The translations under genes were made by a program, and so were the position numbers. Below are positions 50,622 through 62,315 of a stretch of DNA of 64,000 nucleotides, piece by piece. Source of the DNA: Octopus sinensis (Eukaryota); assembly GCF_006345805.1 (NCBI RefSeq), contig NC_043003.1, positions 13,826,001 to 13,890,000 of the forward strand. The letters are read 5' to 3'. Below the pieces are notes generated by a model. That model saw only the letters and a list, made by a program, of their open reading frames with translations, searched no databases and had not been told where the DNA came from. Position 1 is the first letter of the stretch. Each line of letters opens with the position of its first letter.

Positions 50622-51013
50622 TATACTTGCTTGCTTGTGGTGACATTCACCCTGGGCGGGTTGAGTCGGCTTCTTCCACCACCCTCGAGGCATCTCGAAC
50701 CATGGCAATGGAAGAAGTTTTGTGGGAATATGAATTTCACAAGCGGTCCCCAACAATCCCGCATGTAGAGACATCCTGTTTGCTGCAGATTGTCCACAGA
50801 CGCAGGGACAAAACGACCGAGGAGCCGCCGGTTTCCGAAACAGACACTCCGAGTATTTTCACCAGAGCCCCATCTGCCGGGTTGTGGTCCTAATACCACT
50901 TGGTGTCAGACCAATCTGCCTTGGGTGGCCCTACCAGGAACTGAAGTTCTCGACGGCATAGCTCTGACACTACCCGTTACCAGCGTCCCCACCACGGTGA
51001 GGAGGGGATGCCA
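50622..51013 (-). mobile_element. Short non-autonomous RTE derivative (~390 bp) with 10-bp TSD
   Basis: TSD GTTTTCAATA (50612-50621 / 51014-51023); 5' part GAGCTATGCCG...TAGGGCCACCCAAG resembles an RTE/BovB-type 5' region; 3' part MVRDASRVVEEADSTRPG* plus (CAAG)n; splits a family C tail. Confidence 0.7.
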
Positions 51014-51446
51014 GTTTTCAATACTGGCATGGGTTGGCTGGTTTAACAGGAGCTGGCAACCCGGAGAGCTGCACCAGGCTCCAATTATATTATATATATA
51101 TATTTATATTTTATCTAGTTTCAGCTCACGAGCTGTGGCCATGCTGGGGCACTGCCATTGTCTGTTTTGGTATGGTTTCTACCACTTGATGTCCTTCCTA
51201 ATGCCAGTCAGTTTACAAAGTGTACTGGGTGCACTTTGTGTGGAACCTGTACCGATTATTTACATGTGGCACCAGCAGGGGTACTTTATGCATTACATTG
51301 GCACAGGTACTTTTTGCATGGCACAAAAATCCTCTCTAATATAGTCTCAAAACCTGAAATTTTGGTTGAGGGTGCTAGCCAATTACATTGACCCCACTAC
51401 TCAACTGGTACCTATTTCATTGACCCTGATAGGATGAAAGGCAAAG

Positions 51447-51615
51447 TACTTGTACTTGTGACGGCATTCACCCAGGGCGGGTTGAACCGGCTTCTTCTCT
51501 GTTCCTTACGGCATCACGAACCATGGAGGCCCACGCTCAACTGTCCTGTGCGAGGTCACTAGAGATAGCGAGCCATTCGCAGTTCCATCTGCACAGACCG
51601 ACCACCTGCAGACCT
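51447..51615 (-). pseudogene. RTE-clade LINE extreme 3' end
   Basis: Minus strand GLCRWNCEWLAISSDLAQDS*AWASMVRDAVRNREEAGSTRPG* followed by a short (CAAGTA)n tail. Confidence 0.65.
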
Positions 51616-52045
51616 GAGTACTAGTTGAGCCCTGGTATTAATGTAATTGACTAACTCCTTCCCATAAAGTTTCAGCCCTTGTGCTTGTCACAGAAAGAAT
51701 TATCAAAATATTGTCCAGGATGGTGAGCTGGTAGAATCATTGCTATGTCACTCAAAATAAGCTTAGTGACACTTCTCTGGTCTTGACAATGTAAATTCAG
51801 GTTCCATCAAAGTTGCCTTTCATAAAAGTTTTCAATGAAAGGCAAAGTCAAACTTGTTTCATCAATCTCAAAAGGATGGAAACCAAAGATCTTGGGGAGA
51901 TATGAACTCCAGAGAGTAAAGACGGATTGGAATAGTACTAAACATTTTTGTCAGATTGGTTAACAATCCTACCAGCTCACTTTCTTGGAGAATGAAAAAA
52001 TATTTTTGAGTACTGTATAACCCTTTCATTACTCTATTTTATTTT

Positions 52046-52329
52046 GATGATTTTTAAAATGAGAATATCTGAAATAAACCCGACTGCTCTTATAAATGAG
52101 AATACTAAAAATGAACCCGACCACTCTCAAAAATTAAGTAAAAAAAATCAGTAATGATAATCCAGAATCCTTGTCCGGTAGAGGATTGATGCCACAAGGC
52201 CAAACATTGCTGAAAATTTCATCTGTATCCATCCAGCGGTTCTTGAGATATCTTGTCCACAGACAAACAAACAAACAAACAAACACGACCAAAAACAATA
52301 CCTCCATTTTCGCTAAGGTGGAGGTAATA
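52046..52329 (+). mobile_element. Helentron/DINE-1-like non-autonomous element, 5'-truncated
   Basis: Same body as 56980-57349, (ACAA)n tract, terminal hairpin ...AAGGTGGAGGTAAT. Confidence 0.65.
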
Positions 52330-52916
52330 ACAAAAATAAGAGTAGTAGTAGTAGTAGTAGTAGTAGTAATTTGATGGAAAATATGAATATAGAAGAAAGT
52401 GGTGGTGGTGGTGATGGTGGTGGAGGTTCTGGGCTTTTTTTTTCCCTCTCCCCCTGACACTGATACTGAGGAACACAGTCACAAAAGAGTAAATGAAAGA
52501 AAGAAATCGGAACAAAATAAAAGAGTTATCATAAATGGATAAAACTAAATAACACTATAACACAGCTAAAAATCCAAAGATGTTACCATAGAAACCAAAG
52601 ACAGAAACACAACCACACAAACGGAGAAGTACACAATACACATACACACGCATTCTCTCTCGTACACACAGTGATTTAATTACAGTAAATATCTAATATA
52701 AAAGATGATGTTCTTTGGATTACATTTTTGGGGCTTTCAACTGGGATCTTTCTTCCTCTTTTGCACACACAGAACACAACTCAAAAATAATTCTATTGAA
52801 ATCTAATTTTTACTTCTACTTGCCAAATTGCAATTCTCTTCAGAGGTTTCTCTGTCATAGCGGAAAAAAAACAAAAACAAAAAACGAGAGCAAGAACAAA
52901 GCAAAACAAATACATA

Positions 52917-52954
<38 letters not shown>

Positions 52955-53104
52955 ATAAACAAACAAAATGTAATAAAATAAATTACAATAAAATAAAAAA
53001 AAAAGAAAGTGTAATGCGAGAACATTCAAGAAGGCCTTCAGAGTGCCAGTTCTATTGTGATATCAGCATTAAGTCAAATTGAGGGGAGAGAGAGGGGGGG
53101 GAGA

Positions 53105-53141
<37 letters not shown>

Positions 53142-53230
53142 TGTATGTGTGTGTATATAATGCATGTGTGTATATATAATGCGTGTGTTGTGTGCTGCTA
53201 CGAAGCGTCTTTGAATGCATTTTTATACGA

Positions 53231-53402
53231 TTATTATCATTATTATTATTGTCATTATTATTATTGTTATTATTATTATTATTATTATCATTATTATCAT
53301 TATTATCATTATTATTATTGTCATTATTATTATTGTTATTATCATTATTATTATTATCATTATTATCATTATTATCATTATTATTATTATTATTATTATT
53401 AT
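53231..53402. repeat. (TTA)/(TCA) compound trinucleotide tract
   Basis: Direct inspection. Confidence 0.95.
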
Positions 53403-54226
53403 ATCAAGATGTTAAAAAGACACTTCATTAGTGTTTGCTGGAACAATTCTAGTGTTATGTAAAACACACGCAGCACACACAACACATATGCATACATATG
53501 CAATGCACACAAACACACATGCACGTGCACACACGTACGCTCTCAGAGTTTTCTTTATCAGTTTTCAATTAAGCTGAAATTATGGAGTAATCAAAAAACG
53601 ATCACAGCGATATACTTTACCGAGACAAAAATTAAACGTCGCAAATTATATCTATCTCTGCTTTCCCCCATCTCTCTCGTGCTCTCTCTCTCTCTCTACG
53701 CGTACACACATATACACATGCAGATACACGCATGGACATATATGTGGGAGGCTGGTAAATGTATGTGTGTAGATTTAACACTAATTAGATGAAAGAGAAA
53801 ATTGTCAGCTTTGAAAAAGAGAAAGAATTAGACGGAATGGTAAAGATTACATAATATTAGTATTATGACAGGGAAATTTTATTTCTGTGCGCGTGCAGTG
53901 CATGTTTGTGCGTGCATGTATACGTGGTGTGCACATGCATAGCAACCAGTTATGTCATGAATGCACAGGCTACTGGAATATCATGATAACCCAATTTACA
54001 AAGTATCATACTGTATTATGTAATCGTATTTCAACTAATGTTATCCAAATTTAGAATGCAATTTCTTCTGTTTGAAGTGCACAATACCTTTGCAGAATGT
54101 TACACACACACACACACACAAACTCACAAACAAAGCAGTAAGGAAAAAAAACAAAGATGACTAGCTTTAACAAATGTTGAAGTAGTCTAACATTTTAACA
54201 TTTAAAATAGAAAAAAAGAAAGTGTT

Positions 54227-54254
54227 GACGTTTCGGGCGCTAGTCCTTCATCAG
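54227..54254 (-). ncRNA. Degenerate Penelope-type hammerhead core
   Basis: Minus strand CTGATGA A GGAC-TAGC-GCCC GAAA CG T C; one stem II mismatch and stem I poorly paired. Confidence 0.4.
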
Positions 54255-54994
54255 GAAAAAATAGAGGAAATTTGGTGGGGAAGGAAGTAAAAATAAAAAT
54301 GAAGAAAAAGATTAGAAGCCAGGTGATAATAATGCAGATCTGTGTTTGGGGATGGGGGTGTATGAAGGGAAGGGGAGGCAGGATGGTGTGTGCTTGTATA
54401 GGAAGGTATCTGCGTTCAGAGAAGGGTATAGGGAGAATGAATGTATGATGCATGCAGAGGGAAGGGGTGTATTTTCTTGGTGTGTGTGTGTGTGTAGGTG
54501 GGCAAGTGTGGAAGTGTAGTGGTAAGGGATACTGGGGTGTGGGAGGATGGTGTGGTCATACTGTATGTGAGAAGTGTATGGCAAAGTGAAAGGGGAGGTA
54601 AGAAGACACACTAATGAAAAACAATATAAATAGCAAGGAAAAAGAATGAAAAATATTTTGTTTTTAAATATGATAGTAAAAGTGAAAGTAAAGTGATAAT
54701 GGTGATGAAAAGTCAGGGGGGTTACTTAACAGGTAAAAGATCTGAAGAAAGTAACTGAACAAAAGGGGGTTGTCAAAGTGGGCATAGACAGAAAAAAACA
54801 AAAGGTGGAAATAGCAGGGGCGTGATGCTGAAACAAAAAACTTTGACTCCGACTCTGACTCCTCTACTATTGGCACCTCCGAATTTGACTCCTCTTTATG
54901 TAATTAAGTGATTGTGGTCTATATATCTCATAAAGCATATGCATGCGCACACACAACCATGCCTGCGCCTATCACAATAAAGTCTACTTCTCAA

Positions 54995-55134
54995 GCTTTA
55001 TGGACCTATAAGGGCCAGTTTCTCAGTTTCCATGGTGTATGAATGAATATTTACTCCCCAGACAGGAAACTGGACCATTGTGGGATCGCTTAACATGAAA
55101 AGTGTTTTGCTCAAGAACACTACGTATCATCAAG
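54995..55134 (-). mobile_element. SINE body and family E tail abutting the tandem array
   Basis: AAGGGCCAGTTTCTCAGTTTCCATGG...AAGTGTTTTGCTCAAGAACAC. Confidence 0.7.
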
Positions 55135-55860
55135 TCCAGGAATTGAAACCACAATCTTACAATCATGAGTCCAACACCCTAACAGCTAAAGCATGCAATT
55201 CCTCACTATCACCTGATCCAGGAATTGAAACTACCATCTTACGATCATGGGTCCAACAACTTAACAGCTAAAGCATGCAATTCCTCACTATCACCTGATC
55301 CAGGAATTGAAACCACAATCTTACAATCATGAGTCCAACACTCTAACAGCTGAAGCATACAATTCCTCACTATCACCTGATCCAGGAATTGAAACCACAA
55401 TCTTACGATCATGGGTCCAACAACCTAACAGCTAAAGCATGCAATTCCTCACTATCACCTGATCCAGGAATTGAAACCACAATCTTACAATCATGAGTCC
55501 AACACTCTAACAGCTGAAGCATACAATTCCTCACTATCACCTGATCCAGGAATTGAAACCACAATCTTATGATCATGGGTCCAACAACCTAACAGCTAAA
55601 GCATGCAATTCCTCACTATCACCTGATCCAGGAATTGAAACCACAATCTTACAATCATGAGTCCAACACCCTAACAGCTAAAGCATGCAATTCCTCACTA
55701 TCACCTGATCCAGGAATTGAAACCACAATCTTACGATCATGAGTCCAACACCTTAACAGCTAAAGCATGCACGTCCTCACTATCACCTGATCCAGGAATT
55801 GAAACCGCAACCTTTATGATCATAAATCCAATGCTCTAACCACTTGGCTACACACCTTCA
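55135..55860 (-). repeat. 82-bp tandem array (8 full units plus a terminal head) derived from a SINE tRNA-like head
   Basis: TCCAGGAATTGAAAC starts at 55135, 55217, 55299, 55381, 55463, 55545, 55627, 55709 and 55791; the minus-strand unit matches the 2941 SINE head (TTAGGGTGTTGGACTCATGA...GTGGTTTCAATTCCTGGA). Confidence 0.95.
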
Positions 55861-56454
55861 CTGACTGTCACCATGCTTGCACCTAAAACCACACCTGTAC
55901 TTATATATGGACGTTAAAGTTCAGAAAGAGGTTGTTAGCTAAGTGCCGTCATGCACTAAACCCTGCTTGATCTGTTGGGTTCATTGAGTTCACATCAAAC
56001 AGAGCCTCTATTTAGGACATTTCATGTTCTTCAGAGTGAGTCATGGGTGTTTGATAAATCACCCAACCATGAGAATATTTTATAGACAGTCTAAATTAAT
56101 TTGGATTATTACCATTGCTAATGAATTTATTATTAAAAGTGTGTATGAGAGAGAGAAAGAGGAGAAGAGACGAGGGAGAGGGGAAAAGGGGGAGAGAGAA
56201 GGGGAAAGAGGGGGAGAGAGCAAAAAGGTGAGAGATAGGAGAGGGAGAGATGGAAGGAGAAAGATATGGGAGAGATGCAGAGGGAAAAGACGGGGAGATG
56301 CAAAAAGGGGAGAGAGAGAGGAAGAAAGGGAGAGAGAGTGCAGCAGTGATTATATCAGCTTATTAGATAAAGGGGCCTTCTGTCTCAACGCATTAAAATA
56401 AACAGCATGTCAACATCTCTGGTACTAACTCACCAATTATGATTATACAATAAT

Positions 56455-56945
56455 CCTTTCTACTTAAGGCACAAAGCCTGATTTCGTGGGGAGGACAGGG
56501 TAAGTCAACTACATCAACCCCAGTGCACAACTGGTACTGACTTCATTGACCTCCCCGAAAGGACAAAAGGTAAAGTTGACCTCAGTGGAATTTGAACTCA
56601 GAATGTACAGAATGTAAAGACATATGGAATGTTGCTAAGTGTTTTAACCAACATGTTAACAACTCTGCCAGCTCTCTGCCTTATATTGAATAAAATAAAT
56701 GCGCTCTTTTAAAGCCTAGCCTGGCTCATGGGCCCGGTTTCCCAGTTTCTATGGCATATCTGTTCCCCAGCTGAATGGGACGCCAGTCCATCGCAGCGTT
56801 ACTCATTTTTGCCAGCTGAGTGGACTAGAGCAACGTGAAATGAAGTGTTTTCCTCAAGTATACAACGTGTTGCCTGATCCAGGAATCGAAACCACAATCT
56901 TACGATCATGATGCTGACACCCAAACCACTAAGCCATGTGCCCCC
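56455..56945 (-). mobile_element. SINE family A (56455-56682) followed by a CORE-like/E-tail SINE (56705-56945)
   Basis: Family motifs as above. Confidence 0.75.
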
Positions 56946-56979
56946 ACCTGCCTTATATTATTAAATAATAATAATAATA

Positions 56980-57349
56980 ACAAGAGCACGCAGAGAGCAC
57001 AAACCTCCACCAAGGCAACACCAATGTCCTCTCAACGATTAGCCGGAGATGATTTTTAAAATGAGAATATCTTAAATAAACTCGACTGCTTTCACAAACG
57101 AGAATACTAAAAATGACCCTGACCGCTCTCAAAAATTAAGTAAAAAAACAGGGGAAATAATCCAGAATCCTTATGTGGTGTCAGATCAATGCCAAAAGCT
57201 AACCAGTCTGTGCCAAGCACGAGGCCAAACCTCTCTCAAAGTTTCATCCGAATCCATCCAGTGGTTCTTGAGATATCTTATCCACAGACAAACAAACAAA
57301 CAAACACAACTGAAAACAATATCTCCACCTTCGCTAAGGTGGAGGTAAT
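56980..57349 (+). mobile_element. Helentron/DINE-1-like non-autonomous element, full length
   Basis: 5' ACAAGAGC...AACCTCCACCAAGG, subterminal inverted ACCTCCACC/GGTGGAGGT, (ACAA)n, 3' 9-bp hairpin CTCCACCTT-CGCT-AAGGTGGAG (57323-57344). Confidence 0.7.
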
Positions 57350-57559
57350 AATAAGGGTTTCTAAAATCACAACCAATCATCATCAACAGCAATAACAACA
57401 ACAAGAGTAACATCATGTTTATCACTGTTGGCTTCAGCTAGGCCTGTGGTTCTTAATCTTTCTTGTGGGCAGCATTTTTTTTTTTTTTAAAGCATTTACT
57501 TGTTAGAAGGTCTTTAGACCACTGAAAACGTAAGAGCTACTAGAATAAAATGGACACTG

Positions 57560-57900
57560 GACAGAAGTCAATGGGTGACGATGTACATTAGACTTAAAAG
57601 ACTGGAGGCCATATTGAAGCGGAAGAACAAGACTGTGGAAGGGAATTCCAAAGTTCAGAGGTGTGAGGGAAGAAACTGGTTCTGTAAAGTGCTTTACGAC
57701 ACTTAGGAGGCTGCACAGTATACTGATGAGAACTGGATGCATGTCTAGTTGATTGCTGATAAGTTCTTAAAGGAGGAACCAGAGAAGAGAGCTCAGCTGA
57801 AGAATGTCCATGGAAATACTTATAGAAAAAAAACAAGGAAGCCACACGACAACAATGAGAGAGTGAATCCAGTTTAGAAGATAGATCAGGATGAATAGCA
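57560..57900 (-). pseudogene. CR1/Jockey-type LINE ORF2 C-terminus
   Basis: VASLFFFYKYFHGHSSAELSSLVPP...HQYTVQPPKCRKALYRTSFFPHTSELWNSLP, the SFFPxTxxLWNxLP C-terminal signature of these non-LTR elements. Confidence 0.8.
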
Positions 57901-58070
57901 TTACAAATATTTCAGGTATTCTTATTGTACAGGTGTATGTGTATGTATATAAGAATGTAAGTAAGCTTGCAGGGTTATATATATTCATGTATGCATAAGC
58001 ATGTGTGTGTATGTGTTTGTACATATGTCTGTCTGTCTGTCTATCTATCTAGCTATCTATCTCTCTCTCG

Positions 58071-58463
58071 CTTTTACTTGTTTCAGTCATTTGACTGCGG
58101 CCATGCTGGAGCACCACCTTTAGTCAAGCAAATCGACCCCGGGACTTATTCTTTGTAAGCCTAGTACTTATTCTATCGGTCACTTTTGCCAAACTGTTAA
58201 GTGACAGGGACATAAACACACCAGCATCGGTTGTCAAGCAATGCTAGGGGGACAAACACAGGCACACAAACATACACACACACACACACATATACATATA
58301 TACGAAGGGCTTCTTTCAGTTTCCGTCTACCAAATCCACTCACAAGGCTTTGGTCGGCCCGAGGCTATAGCAGAAGACACTTGCCCAAGATGCCACGCAA
58401 TGGGACTGAACCCGGAAACATTTGGTTGGTAAGCAAGCTACTTACCACACAGCCACTCCTGCA
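58071..58463 (-). mobile_element. SINE family B, full length
   Basis: Complete tail-to-head sequence. Confidence 0.9.
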
Positions 58464-59089
58464 CCTATCTATCTAACTATCTGTCTGTCTATCTATCCAC
58501 CATCCATCTACCCAGCCTTCTATACATTTATCTATAAATATGTATGTATGTACGTACATACGTACATGCATACATATGTAAGTGCATTTAAGCATATATT
58601 TACAAATATATGTATGTGTACTTATGCATGCACACGCATATAAGTGTATGTATTTATGTATACATATGAGTACAGTGATAGTAGAAACACAGATATTTAA
58701 ATCGTGAATACAATTAATTGATGTATAAGGTGGTCGAAAGATCGCAAAATGTGTAAATATAGAAATGATGCTTTGTTTTGGTTTGGTAACTTGTTAAATC
58801 ATTTGAGCAAACACTTCTAGTTGTAATCTAAATATATAGAAACAAGAACACAGAAACTATTTCTGCAACATTATCATCAGCATATTCGTTATCAGCATCC
58901 GCATCTTCTTTGTTTCGATTCAAAAGTGATAGGCTCTGTGTGTGTGTGTGTGTGTGAGTGTGTGTGTGTGTGGGGGGGGTGTCTAAATGTCATGATGTGA
59001 AAATTGCTGATCATAAAATGTTTGACAAAAACCTCATGGTAAACAACATGTCTGACATGAGTTTGTGTGGAAGAATCATCACAATTGTC

Positions 59090-59700
59090 GTCGTCATCGT
59101 TTTCACATCTACTTTTCCATGCTGGCATGGGTTGGACAGTGTGACAGGGGCAAAGAAAAATGATAATGAGAATGATGTGTACATGCATGCACACATGCAC
59201 ATACATACCATACATATGCATGCCAGAATGCACACACACACATCATCATTTCCACAGCCACTTTTCCATGCTGGCATGGGTTGGACAGTGCAACAAGAGC
59301 CAATGAGCCAGAGGATTGTGAACAGCAATTAAAAAGAAATAATAAGACTGAGTAGAAGCACATGCACACACACACACACCATCATCATCATCCACTTTTC
59401 CATGCTGGTATGTGTTAGACAGTGTGACCAGAGCCCAATGAATCACAAACTGTGCTCAGCAATTAAAAAGAGATAACACAAATGATGAATACACACACAC
59501 ACACACACACACACAATCATCCTCCATCTCTTCCTACTCTGCATCATCATTTTAATGCTTGCTTTTCCAAGCTAGCATGAGTTGGATGGAATTGACTGAG
59601 GTAGACTTTTTACAGCTGGGTGCCCTTCCTGTTGCTAACCCTTATTTGCCCTCAAGTTAGGTAACCCCCACCCATGGCCAGACATGTTTTTACTGCAATC
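59090..59700 (-). repeat. Four successive family C tail units spaced about 140-160 bp apart
   Basis: CTTTTCCATGCTGGCATGGGTTGGACAGTG-like blocks at about 59112, 59261, 59395 and 59562. Confidence 0.7.
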
Positions 59701-59718
59701 AGACAATGACAATATCAC

Positions 59719-59753
<35 letters not shown>

Positions 59754-60061
59754 TATATCTTATAAACAAGGTCAAAAGAAAAATTATTTCTATGCCAATT
59801 TTTAACCTTTAAAGGTATTTTAATATGCTGCCACTTTTGATGAAATTTTTTTCTGAAAAAATTTTTATCCTATATTAGTAGTATATATACATACACACAC
59901 ATGTAGGTTCTTTCAGTTTCCATAAGACATGTTGCCATATATATATATATATATATATGAAGATCCTTTCATTCTTTCTAACAATGAAACACACACACAC
60001 ATGTGTATGTGTGTTTCACTGTTTGAGAAAATAGAAGGATCTTCACTTCGAAAGACATAAC

Positions 60062-60460
60062 ATTACATCTAAAACTGAGGTTAGTAAACTGTTATGTTAT
60101 GTCAATTGTCCTCTAGAAGGCAGAAACTTAGATTGTGTACACAACAATGAAAAAGAAATTAGCAGCCTTTGAGAAATGGGTCATTTACAAATTGGACGGG
60201 GTAACAAACGCAGCAGTACTAGAAGGGCTGCAAACCTAAAGACAACCTATTACCAAGAATCAAGTAAATGAAATAATATCATGTCTTGGGACATACTATG
60301 TGCCATGAGTCATTGACCAAGACCATCCTGACAGTATGTGTAAAAGGGGAAAAGAGAGTTAGAGACCTGTAAAGATGTTTGTGGACCAATAATGTCGAAG
60401 AATGGGCTAAAAACAGGACCCTAACTGATTGTATGCATGCGGAACAACACAAAAGGAACA
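60062..60460 (+). pseudogene. Decayed RTE-clade LINE C-terminal ORF
   Basis: LKLRLVNCYVMSIVL*KAET...KLAAFEKW...GHTMCHESLTKTIL...WTNNVEEWA; multiple stops and frameshifts. Confidence 0.75.
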
Positions 60461-60764
60461 GAGAGGATCCTGGCATGTCACCTCATGACTGCCAATGCAT
60501 ACACATACATAAAATGGTAGGATTGGTGGTGTTTAATTAATAATTATTTTATCGACCCGAAAGTATGAAAAGTGAAGTTGGTTTTGGTGGAATTTGAACT
60601 CAGAACATAAAGACAGACAAAATGCTGCTAAGCATTTTGCTTAGCATGCTAATGATTCAGCAAGCTCGCTGCCACAGAAACCACTAGAATATATTGGTTT
60701 CACAGTTTAGCACAAGGCCAGCAATTTCATTGGAGGGGAGTAAGTTGATTACATCAACACAGTA

Positions 60765-61342
60765 CTCTTACTCTTTACTTGTTTCAGTTATTTGACTGTG
60801 GCCATGCTGGATCACTGCCTTTAGTCGAGCAAATCGACCCCAGGACTTATTCTTTGTAAGCCTAGTACTTATTCTATTGGTCTATTTTGCCAAACCACTA
60901 AGTTATGGGGACGTAAACACACCAGCATCGGTTGTCAAGTGATGTTGCAGGGACAAACACAGACACACAAACGTATACACACACACACATATATATATAG
61001 GGAGAATTCATGAAAAAACAAAAGACGAAGACAGGTGGTGTACAAAACAAACATGTATTAGTATAACGCTCAGGAATTGAAAAAGTCTTTTACGTTTTGA
61101 GCCTACGTTCTTCTACAGAAAGGGACACAGAAAAAACAAGGAGAGAAACAAGGAGAGATAAAAAATGTGGGTAGTGGCTACCGATCTATCATGGTGATAT
61201 ACGACGGGCTTCTGTCAGTTTCCGTCTACCAAATCCAATTACAAGGCGTTAGTTGGCCTGAGGCTATAGTAGAAGACACTTGCCCAAGGCGTCACGTAGT
61301 GAGACTGAACCCGGAACCATATGGTTCGTAAGCAAGCTACTT
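60765..61342 (-). mobile_element. SINE family B, full length, with a family P1 insert in its (TA)n tract
   Basis: B tail and head flank 61000-61196. Confidence 0.85.
61000..61196 (-). mobile_element. Family P1 Penelope-like remnant
   Basis: Minus strand CTTTCTGTAGAAGAACGTAGGCTCAAAACGTAAAAGAC; reverse complement of the 24791 family. Confidence 0.65.
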
Positions 61343-61914
61343 ACCATACAGCCACTGCTATGCCTTGCCAAGTTTTTATTTTATTAACTCCGAAAGGATG
61401 AAAGGCTAAGTCAACCTTGATGGAAAGAAGCCAGTAAAATATTTAAAAAAGAACTAGAACACTACACACACACACACAGATGCCTATGTTTCTGTTTCAT
61501 TCCTCAAACGCTACAAAAGCAATGAAAATATCTATTTGTTGACAACACCAAACTCTATCAGCTAAAGATATGTTAGTGAAGATCACTGTCTGGCGAAAGT
61601 TGATTTTTACTTGTTTCAAGTCAGACATTTTCAAAACTAATTACAAAGCTGGAAATTCCATACCCTCATACAGACACAGACACACACACACACACACTCT
61701 CTCTCTCTCTCTCTCTCTCTCTCATTGTAACTATCATTTATCAGATCAAGATCTGAAAATTAAAATTATAGAAAGATTGTAAATTTTACAACTATATGTA
61801 TGTGTGTATGCATGTATGTGTGTCTGTTTGTATGTATGTATGTATATGCATTGTATGTATGGTATATATGTGTGCATATGAATGTGTGTATTACCTGATT
61901 TTTTTAAATATCTG

Positions 61915-62108
61915 TTATGTACATTATTTACCTTATTTACATTATTTACATTTGACGGATATTTGTCCTCATCTTGTTTGTTGTTAACACAACATTTCGG
62001 CTGATATACCCTCCAGCCTCCATCAGGTGTCTTGGTGAGATTTCAAACCTGGGTTCTCATTCCAAAGGTATTTTTCAATGTTATTATTATCATCCTGATT
62101 ACTATTAT

Positions 62109-62139
<31 letters not shown>

Positions 62140-62274
62140 ATTACTATTCAGGTCACTGCCTGGAATTGTAGTGGCTGGAGGGTATATCAGCAGAAACGTT
62201 GTTAATAACAAACAAGATGAGGACAAATATCCGTCAAATGTAAATAATGTAAATAAGGTAAATAATGTACATAA
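61915..62274. repeat. Inverted repeat with ~103-bp arms (61915-62018 / 62173-62274) and a 154-bp spacer
   Basis: TTATGTACATTATTTACC...CCCTCCAGCC and its reverse complement, with few mismatches. Confidence 0.95.
61987..62030 (-). ncRNA. Type I hammerhead-like motif (decayed copy)
   Basis: ACAC CTGATGG A GGCTG-GAGGGTATAT-CAGCC GAAA TG T T GTGT: 4-bp stem I, 5-bp stem II; A9->G and CpG decay in stem III. Confidence 0.55.
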
Positions 62275-62315
62275 TTCCTCATCTCTTAAATATAGAAATT
62301 GCTGTTATGTGTTAC

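Noticed and set aside
55135-55860. CRISPR-like regular array
   Set aside because: The units are contiguous near-identical 82-mers with no unique spacers, there are no cas genes, and the DNA is eukaryotic.
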